Shown here: positions 36,148 to 42,382 of the stretch, in pieces | Numbering within the stretch: the first letter of the stretch is position 1 | Layout of the letters: each line of letters opens with the position of its first letter | From: Bacillota bacterium | GTDB taxonomy: Bacteria > Bacillota > Dethiobacteria > DTU022 | DNA length: 42,382 bases | Assembly (NCBI GenBank): GCA_033809435.1 | Contig: JAPXLS010000001.1 | Coordinates: 1 to 42,382, forward strand | Reading direction: 5' to 3' | Translations under genes and position numbers: made by a program | Notes under the pieces: model-generated | The model's input: only the letters and a program-made list of their open reading frames with translations | The model's database searches: none | What the model was told of the DNA's origin: nothing

Positions 36148-37155
36148 CTATAGTGCTTCTTCTTTTGCCTTGCTGTGAACATCCATGCTGAAAGGTTCAG
36201 CCAGCTTTTCTTCGCTGATATCGAAAACGGTGTTGAGTTTCTTCTCGATCCCCCTGATCAGGGCCATGGCATCGAGGCCGTATTCCTTCATCAGATACCG
36301 TTTTCCGGCCCCGTGCATAAAGGTATCCTGCAGGCCGATCCTGGTGAGCCCTTTCCCGATCCCCGCTTCAGCCATTTTCTCGGCGATGATGCTGCCCAGC
36401 CCCCCGATGATGCTGTGGTTTTCCATGGTGATGACACCGTATTTGGAAGCGGCCACAGCCTGAAGCACAGAATCGTTTTTAAAAGGTTTCAGGGTGGAGA
36501 TATGCATATGCTGAAGTGAAAGTCCCTTTTTTTGCAATTGTTGTGTGGCCCGCAAAGCTTCTTCGGTGCAGATGCCGCTGGTGAGGAGCGTTAAATCACT
36601 TCCCTCGCTCATTATCCGGGGGCAATCCAGCCGCATCGGCTCGGAAGCGGGGAACAGCCTCGGAATTTCACCGCGCAGCATCCTTATATATACTGGTCCA
36701 TCCACCCTGTAGGCCACCTCGAGCACAGATTCTACATCGGTGGCGTCGCCGCACTCCAGAATGGTCATATTGGGCAGGGAACGCATTACGGAAATATCTT
36801 CTATGGCCTGGTGGGTAGCTCCACCCGGCGTCATAACCCCGGGCAGGAACCCGAACATCTTTACGGGCATATTGGGATAAGCCACCGACATGGAAATCTG
36901 GTCGTAGGCCCTCCGGTAAATAAACACGGCAAATGTGTGGACACAGGGTATGTAGCCTTCCCGGGCCAGGCCCCCGGCGAAGCTGAGCATATTCTGTTCG
37001 GCAATGCCCATCGAGAAAAACCGCTCCGGGTAGGTATCTCTGAAATAATCAATTTCCGTTGAACCTGTCAGATCCGCCGATAAAACCACCACCTGCTGCT
37101 TATCTCTTGCCCATTCAACAAGATTTTTAGCATGAACCTTGGTCAACACTTCCAC
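36148..37155 (-). CDS. transketolase, C-terminal (pyrimidine-binding + C-terminal domain) subunit
   Basis: 335 aa. FFSMGIAEQNMLSFAGGLAREGYIP is typical. GTG start with an AGGAGG SD and 8-nt spacer. It overlaps the N-terminal subunit gene by 29 nt. Confidence 0.9.
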   Translation of the reverse strand: MEVLTKVHAKNLVEWARDKQQVVVLSADLTGSTEIDYFRDTYPERFFSMGIAEQNMLSFAGGLAREGYIPCVHTFAVFIYRRAYDQISMSVAYPNMPVKMFGFLPGVMTPGGATHQAIEDISVMRSLPNMTILECGDATDVESVLEVAYRVDGPVYIRMLRGEIPRLFPASEPMRLDCPRIMSEGSDLTLLTSGICTEEALRATQQLQKKGLSLQHMHISTLKPFKNDSVLQAVAASKYGVITMENHSIIGGLGSIIAEKMAEAGIGKGLTRIGLQDTFMHGAGKRYLMKEYGLDAMALIRGIEKKLNTVFDISEEKLAEPFSMDVHSKAKEEAL

Positions 37156-38104
37156 GGGCCCGGCCTCCTGTCGAAATCTTGCTCATCGCCTCGAGGTGAA
37201 GTTGATACAGGGCTTTCTCTTCTTCGCTGCCAAAGCGAACATAGTGCAGTTTGGGTATTCTGTTTTTCAGGATGTTTATGCCGCAGCAGGCGTCGGTCCG
37301 ACACAGGATAAAGGTAGGCCTGTGATCTGGCTCTCTCAGCCCGCATTCGATGAGCGCCCCAACATCATGACCGTCAATCCTGGACACCCGCATACCGAAA
37401 GATTCCAGCCTCAGATCGAAGGGCTCGATGTTCAACACATTTTCCACCTTGCCATCGCACTGATAGCCATTTACATCGACATAGACCACCATGTTGCCCA
37501 GTTTATAATGGCTCATCACTTGAAGGGCTTCCCAGAATTGCCCCGACTGGCACTCGCCGTCGGACATGAACATGAATACACGGCCCATTTCTTTTTTCAG
37601 CTTGCGGGCCATGGCGATCCCCGCTGCCTGGCTGATCCCCTGCCCCAGGGATCCGGTCATGATTTCCATCCCCGGCGAATGCTCGGCCCCGATCATCTCC
37701 ACCACACTGCCGTCCTTGTTGAAATGATCCAGTCCATCCGGGGACATGCGCCCCGTCTCGATCAGGGTGGCATAAAGGACAAGGGAATACTGGGATGGTG
37801 AGAGGAAAAAACGGTCATATCTATCTGATTTGGGGCCATTGTAAGCGGCACCCGTAAAATAGCCGGTGTTACCGGGGCCCGGAACTCCGGGAAAGGGCTT
37901 CGGGACCAGGGGTTCTTCCAATTTGCCCAGCTTTAGCACCTGCATGTAAAGGGCAGCAAAGATCTCGGCTGATGAACAGGCCTGACTCAAATAACCCCCG
38001 TTGTTCTTGATGGTATGCTCCAGCACACGCCGCCTTATGCAGGAAGCGACGCGGTAAACATTCTCCACACCCTTCAGATCATCAAATTTCGACGCTCTTT
38101 CCAT
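37127..38104 (-). CDS. transketolase, N-terminal (ThDP/PP-binding) subunit
   Basis: 325 aa. ThDP-binding region MSDGECQSGQFWEALQVMSHYKLGNMVVYVDVNGYQCDG and TGSLGQGISQAAGIA. AAGGAGGG SD. Note GGY where GGH/SGH is usual (see findings). Confidence 0.9.
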   Translation of the reverse strand: MERASKFDDLKGVENVYRVASCIRRRVLEHTIKNNGGYLSQACSSAEIFAALYMQVLKLGKLEEPLVPKPFPGVPGPGNTGYFTGAAYNGPKSDRYDRFFLSPSQYSLVLYATLIETGRMSPDGLDHFNKDGSVVEMIGAEHSPGMEIMTGSLGQGISQAAGIAMARKLKKEMGRVFMFMSDGECQSGQFWEALQVMSHYKLGNMVVYVDVNGYQCDGKVENVLNIEPFDLRLESFGMRVSRIDGHDVGALIECGLREPDHRPTFILCRTDACCGINILKNRIPKLHYVRFGSEEEKALYQLHLEAMSKISTGGRARGSVDQGSC

Positions 38105-38152
38105 TCATGCAGTCCCTCCTTGGCTCCGACCATAAGCGGTTGCCGCCGAAAT

Positions 38153-38944
38153 TCAGTTCTTTGCACTGATCACTTCAACACCGGATTCGCTGAATTCTTT
38201 AAGGCACTGCTCCTGTTCTGCGGAAAAAGGTTCAAGCTCATCGGTAAGAATTACATTTATCCTTTGTGCAGGGCATATCTGGTAGAATGCAATCTTGGCC
38301 AATTTGGACCTGTCCACCATGACAAAGAGCCTGTCTGTTTTTTCAAGCATGGCCTGTTTGGCCCTGCCTTCCTCGATCGCCTTTTCCGTCAGCCCCTCAT
38401 TGAAACTAAGGGCATGGCTCGAAAAGAAAGCCTTATCTATATACATGGATTCAAGCGATTTTCTGGTTATAGAGCCAAAAAGGGAAAGTGAGATGCTTCT
38501 CATAAAACCGCCAAGCACTACAACGGTAATTTGTGGGGCTTCGGATAGTTCGATGGCAATACTCAGGTTATTGGTCACAACAGTCAATTTTTTGCCAAAC
38601 TTGATCAATTTACTAACCTCAAGTGCCGTTGTGCTGGCATCGAAAGCTACGACATCGCCATCTTCGATGAGATCTGCCGCCACTTTCGCGATAGCCATCT
38701 TTTCTGCCCGGTTGGCATCTATCCTTTCTCGAATGGTAGTCTCATAAGATTTCTTTGTGTTTAATCTGGCTCCGCCATAAACCCGAACAATCTCCCCGTC
38801 CCTTTCCAGCTGCTCCAGATCTCTTCTGATGGTCATTTCGGAAACGTTGAAAGTCTTGCTTAAACTGGAGACATCTGCGAAATTATTTTCTACCAGCAGA
38901 TCGATGATCCTTTTTCTCCTCAATTGATAAGGAATATTCTGCAT
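38153..38944 (-). CDS. DeoR-family transcriptional regulator
   Basis: 263 aa. N-terminal HTH_DeoR (VSSLSKTFNVSEMTIRRDLEQLERDGEIVRVYGGA) and a C-terminal DeoRC sugar-phosphate sensor domain. Confidence 0.9.
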   Translation of the reverse strand: MQNIPYQLRRKRIIDLLVENNFADVSSLSKTFNVSEMTIRRDLEQLERDGEIVRVYGGARLNTKKSYETTIRERIDANRAEKMAIAKVAADLIEDGDVVAFDASTTALEVSKLIKFGKKLTVVTNNLSIAIELSEAPQITVVVLGGFMRSISLSLFGSITRKSLESMYIDKAFFSSHALSFNEGLTEKAIEEGRAKQAMLEKTDRLFVMVDRSKLAKIAFYQICPAQRINVILTDELEPFSAEQEQCLKEFSESGVEVISAKN

Positions 38945-38961
38945 CCTTTTCCATCACCTCA

Positions 38962-40035
38962 TTATTGTTGGCTGTTCTCGCCGTTAGAATAAATACATTT
39001 GCGCAGGTTTTCTGCATAGGGCGGGTAAACTATGCCCTTCTCCGTTACAATGGCGGTAATGTTTTCATGAGGTGTCACATCAAAAGAGGGGTTGTATATA
39101 TGTACGCCCTCCGGCGCTGTAGGCACACCGAAGCGGTGCGAGACCTCCCGGGGATCCCTTTCCTCAATGGGAATATCCTCACCGTTTTTCGTCTTCAAAT
39201 CTATGGTCGGAGTTGGAGCAGCCACATAGAATGGAATGCGATAATGCCCGGCCAGAATGGAGAGGCCCAGGGTGCCGATCTTGTTCGCTGCGTCCCCATT
39301 GGCAGCCACCCTGTCGCAGCCCACCAGAACGGCGTCGATTTTCCCCTGAGACATGACCACGGCAGCCATGCTGTCGGTAATAATGGTAACATCGATACCA
39401 GCCTGCTGCAGCTCGAAAGCAGTCAGAGTCGACCCCTGCAGCCTGGGCCTTGTTTCATCCGCATAAACTTTGAAGCGCCAGCCTTTTTCCTTGGCCAGGT
39501 ACATGGGAGCCGTGGCGGTGCCGTATTTGGCTGTGGCCAGGGCACCGGCATTGCAGTGGGTCAAAAGGCCCATACCGTCCTGAAGAAGTGTAAGCAGGTT
39601 TTCGCCTATCCTCCTGTTGATCTCTTCGTCTTCTGCGTGTATGGCCACCGCTTCCGACAACAGCTTCTCCTTTATCTCCGGTACGGCCAAATTCTTGTGG
39701 GCGGCGGCCTTATCCTTCATCCTGTCCAAAGCCCAGAAAAGGTTCACTGCAGTGGGTCGGGAGGCGGCCAGATATCCGGATTTTTCTCTCAGCACTTCGT
39801 AGAACTCTTCAAATTTGCTGTGATCCGGCACATCCTTTATTCCCATATATAGACCGTAAGCGGCAGCTATGCCTATAGCCGGCGCCCCCCTAACCTTCAT
39901 AAACTTTATCGCTTCACAAACAGCTTCCGCTGTATGGAGCTCCTCGTAGACAATTCTGGCGGGCAGGAGCGTCTGATCCAGCAGTACGAGACTGTCCTTT
40001 TCCTTCTCCCACCGGATATGGTTGAAATCTTTCAT
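38962..40035 (-). CDS. mtnA: S-methyl-5-thioribose-1-phosphate isomerase (eIF-2B-like family)
   Basis: Motifs [24 protein letters not shown] and [33 protein letters not shown]...[17 protein letters not shown]. The ATG at 40035 has a GGAGGA SD with a 7-nt spacer. The track start is at 40053. Confidence 0.9.
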   Translation of the reverse strand: MKDFNHIRWEKEKDSLVLLDQTLLPARIVYEELHTAEAVCEAIKFMKVRGAPAIGIAAAYGLYMGIKDVPDHSKFEEFYEVLREKSGYLAASRPTAVNLFWALDRMKDKAAAHKNLAVPEIKEKLLSEAVAIHAEDEEINRRIGENLLTLLQDGMGLLTHCNAGALATAKYGTATAPMYLAKEKGWRFKVYADETRPRLQGSTLTAFELQQAGIDVTIITDSMAAVVMSQGKIDAVLVGCDRVAANGDAANKIGTLGLSILAGHYRIPFYVAAPTPTIDLKTKNGEDIPIEERDPREVSHRFGVPTAPEGVHIYNPSFDVTPHENITAIVTEKGIVYPPYAENLRKCIYSNGENSQQ

Positions 40036-40062
40036 AATCCTGTCCTCCAACATCTGCCGGTA

Positions 40063-41292
40063 TCATACCCGGATGCTGCCGGCAGTTTCTTTAAATATCC
40101 TCAGGAAGTCAAGGCCCTTTGTGAAATCAGCACGTTTCTTGATGTACTCCTTGGCCGAGATCAGGCAAATTCGCTCCGCGAGCAGCCTCGCCTTTTCATC
40201 TTTAATTGAAGTAATGTCGGCAACATGGGCAAGACCGATTATACGACGGCAGAGCTCCAGACCCACCACGCCCGCTGCATCCTCGATCACGCGGTCAAGG
40301 TACCATCTGTCGAAACCGCTTTCCCGTGCCAAAATTTCCGTAACATGCTCGCTCCAGGACTGTAAAAATTTTTCTCGAAAAATATCTACAACTTCAACTA
40401 TGGTTTCCTCCAGCCACCCGAGGTAATCAGCCTTCTTTTCTTCGTCGGCAATAGTTACATAGGCATTGGCCCAGGCAAATAGAAGGTTGGCCACAACATT
40501 CCCGACGTCATATCCCATGGGGCCGTAAAAGGCAAATTCGGGATCTATCACTTTTGTGGAATCAGTTCTGACAAATATGGATCCGGTATGCAGATCGCCG
40601 TGAATCAGCGCCTGGGCATTGGTTAAAAAGTCAAACTTGAGCCGGGCCGCTTCAAATAGAAGCTCCCTGTCGCCGTATATTTCCCTTTCTATCCATCCGA
40701 GGTTTGGCGGGAACACCTCATTCCGCTTGTTGCAATCGTTGAACGGCTCCGTGTACACAAGATCCTCTGTTATTTCACAGAGCTGAGGGTTAATGTATTC
40801 TTTAACCAGTTCCTTTTTTTCTTTATGATCAAGAACAACATCGCTTGTTAGAAGCAAAGTGTTGACCATGAAGGTGGTAATATGATCAACAAAGTATGGG
40901 AATTTTTGATGATCGATCAGGGCTTGACGCATGATTACATGGTCCGAAAGGTCCTCCATGGCAAAGCAGTGCATTATATCATCGTATTTATATACCCGTG
41001 GGGCCAGACCAGGCGCCAATTTCCCGGCAAGGATCATGGCGCTCGATTCGATCCTGTTACGGCGTGTTGAAAGTTTGAATTCATCGGATATGCGGGCGGC
41101 ATCGCCTGCATGTTTTATAATTATTGACTTGTTTGAATTCCTATCCCGCACCCGGAATATGTAATTAATATTCCCATCGCCAATCTCCGCAACTTCAAGA
41201 TCCGCTTCATCATCAAAATAATCAAGCCTCTCCCTTGCATAGTCAAGGACATCTTCCGGTTTCATCAGAAAATAAGTATCAAACCTTGACAT
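40063..41292 (-). CDS. mtnK: 5-methylthioribose kinase
   Basis: 409 aa. N-terminal [13 protein letters not shown] and catalytic-loop [12 protein letters not shown] are typical of MtnK (APH-fold kinase). AGGAGG SD. Confidence 0.9.
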   Translation of the reverse strand: MSRFDTYFLMKPEDVLDYARERLDYFDDEADLEVAEIGDGNINYIFRVRDRNSNKSIIIKHAGDAARISDEFKLSTRRNRIESSAMILAGKLAPGLAPRVYKYDDIMHCFAMEDLSDHVIMRQALIDHQKFPYFVDHITTFMVNTLLLTSDVVLDHKEKKELVKEYINPQLCEITEDLVYTEPFNDCNKRNEVFPPNLGWIEREIYGDRELLFEAARLKFDFLTNAQALIHGDLHTGSIFVRTDSTKVIDPEFAFYGPMGYDVGNVVANLLFAWANAYVTIADEEKKADYLGWLEETIVEVVDIFREKFLQSWSEHVTEILARESGFDRWYLDRVIEDAAGVVGLELCRRIIGLAHVADITSIKDEKARLLAERICLISAKEYIKKRADFTKGLDFLRIFKETAGSIRV

Positions 41293-41441
41293 TTACTTAC
41301 CTCCTGTTTTCCCCAAACTGTCTGCTTAACAAGGGGTTAACCCCAGGTTTCCCAAATTTTTAAAGAGAACCTATGATATCCTGAAATTTCTATATATGTT
41401 CGGATATGAACCTAATATGTTTATCTGTAATCGTTTTCATC

Positions 41442-41470
41442 ATTATACATTATATTCTGGTATGTTGCAA
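41442..41470 (-). promoter_or_regulatory. sigma-70/SigA-type promoter upstream of mtnK
   Basis: The minus strand reads TTGCAA (41470-41465), a 17-nt spacer, then TATAAT (41447-41442). This leaves a leader of about 140 nt before the mtnK ATG. Confidence 0.6.
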
Positions 41471-41653
41471 TCATTATTTTTCACAAAACTGTTTATTCAT
41501 TTTCATTGGGCCAGGAGCCGCCGCCGCTTTATGAGCACACCATGGCGGCTTCGTCATTTTGAAGGTTTTTGGGGAAGGGGTCGGTGATACTTTAACAGGG
41601 GATGAAATATGACCCGGAAGGGAACTGAAAGGGGTGCTGCCAGACTTTTGCCT

Positions 41654-42382
41654 TTATTTTATTTCTGCAACTATCGTTCCGCCCGTCCTTGTCTCAACAG
41701 CGTTTTCTGCCTCCCCCTCCAGGTTCAGGCGGGGAATTATCCGGATAAAAGTATCCGCCATGAAGGGATCAAATTGCGTTCCCGCGCCTTCCTTGATTTC
41801 CTGAACAGCTCTGATCAAGCCCGGCGCTTTCCGGTATGAGCGGTCGCTGATCATGGCGTCAAAAGCATCCGCGACCGCCAGGATCCGTGCGCCTTCGGGA
41901 ATGCCTTCGCCCCTGAGGCCGTCGGGATAACCTGTCCCATCCCACCATTCGTGGTGATGTTTGATGATATCCGCCCCACTTGCCAGGAATCTAATGTCTT
42001 TTATGATATTGAACCCGATAAGGCTGTGCTCTTTCATCCGGGCATACTCACCGGCTGTCAGCTTGCCTTCCTTTTTTAAAATACTTTCCGGAATGGCTAC
42101 CTTGCCCACATCATGGACCATGGCCACATATTGCAGCAGCTCCGTCTTTCGTGTCGACCACCCCAATTCGCGGGCCAGGGCCGTGGCGAAGGTAGCCACC
42201 CGTGTTGAATGCCCCCTTGTGTAAGGGTCCTTGGCATCAAGGGTAGCTGAGAGGCTTTGGATAGTATCAAGGAAGGTTTGCCGCATATCCATGTATGAAT
42301 TAAGGGATTGCCGGGCAATGATCATGGGAATGATAAAGAGCACAAGCCCCCATATTCCAATATTTTGAAAGGTCAGGGCAAT
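41654..42382 (-). CDS. HD-GYP domain protein (c-di-GMP phosphodiesterase family), 5'-partial at the window edge
   Basis: Motifs HDVGK and HHEWWDGTGYPDGL. The reading frame stays open from 42343 to the window end (IALTFQNIGIWGL..., TM-like), so the N-terminus lies outside the window. Confidence 0.85.
   Translation of the reverse strand: MALTFQNIGIWGLVLFIIPMIIARQSLNSYMDMRQTFLDTIQSLSATLDAKDPYTRGHSTRVATFATALARELGWSTRKTELLQYVAMVHDVGKVAIPESILKKEGKLTAGEYARMKEHSLIGFNIIKDIRFLASGADIIKHHHEWWDGTGYPDGLRGEGIPEGARILAVADAFDAMISDRSYRKAPGLIRAVQEIKEGAGTQFDPFMADTFIRIIPRLNLEGEAENAVETRTGGTIVAEIK

Noticed and set aside
41502-41535. SAM-I (S-box)-like string on the minus strand, CUCAUAAAGCGGCGGCGGCUCCUGGCCCAAUGAA. 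Compare CUUAUCAAGAG..GGAGGGACUGGCCCGAUGAA.
   Set aside because: The GAGGGA kink-turn element, the GCAACC segment and a matching 3' P1 strand are all absent. The string also lies upstream of the near-consensus promoter rather than in the transcribed leader. I judge it a chance resemblance, but an Rfam scan would settle it.
1-42382. CRISPR arrays, tRNA or rRNA genes, integrase/att sites, toxin-antitoxin pairs.
   Set aside because: I noticed no regularly spaced direct repeats, no cloverleaf-like or rRNA-like segments and no tyrosine or serine recombinase ORFs while reading the intergenic regions and the ORF track. A tRNAscan/Infernal/minCED run would be the definitive check.

Overview
This 42.4-kb segment is coded almost entirely on the minus strand. 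It probably comes from an anaerobic Gram-positive bacterium (Clostridia/Peptococcaceae-like). That guess rests only on GGAGG-type ribosome-binding sites, lipobox binding proteins, corrinoid/MttB genes, a sigma-54 activator and a split transketolase, and cannot be verified here. Base composition divides the window into four blocks. (i) 1-4.6 kb is nested mobile DNA: an IS21-family remnant (intact istB, 5'-truncated istA) abutting a Mu/Tn552-like module (Zn-ribbon protein, DDE transposase, AAA+ ATPase, 94-aa ORF). (ii) 4.6-6.3 kb is an AT-rich islet with the only two plus-strand genes, a DEDDh exonuclease-BRCT fusion and a Cys-rich hypothetical. (iii) 6.5-30.8 kb is GC-rich. It holds a PAS/sigma-54 enhancer-binding protein, a consensus-spaced -24/-12 promoter with a structured leader, an ornithine-cyclodeaminase-family gene, two non-pyrrolysine MttB-family methyltransferases, one corrinoid protein, two family-5 binding proteins and an Opp/Dpp-type ABC importer. 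These are followed by two tandem ~1070-aa paralogues with gingipain-like (C25, clan CD) motifs and no signal peptides, an M20 amidohydrolase and a MATE exporter. (iv) 31-41.3 kb has lower GC and carries mtnK, mtnA, a DeoR regulator, a split transketolase, a RuBisCO-like protein and a ribose-type ABC importer, followed by a 5'-partial HD-GYP gene. The three best candidates for undescribed biology are: (a) the MTR/5-deoxyribose salvage cluster where a RuBisCO-like protein plus transketolase sits where an aldolase or the MtnB/C/D enzymes are expected; (b) the sigma-54-controlled MttB/corrinoid locus fed by a peptide/opine-type importer; (c) the pair of giant clan-CD-like proteins. I recognised no rRNA, tRNA or CRISPR array. 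All family assignments come from motif-level reading of the translations, not from database searches.
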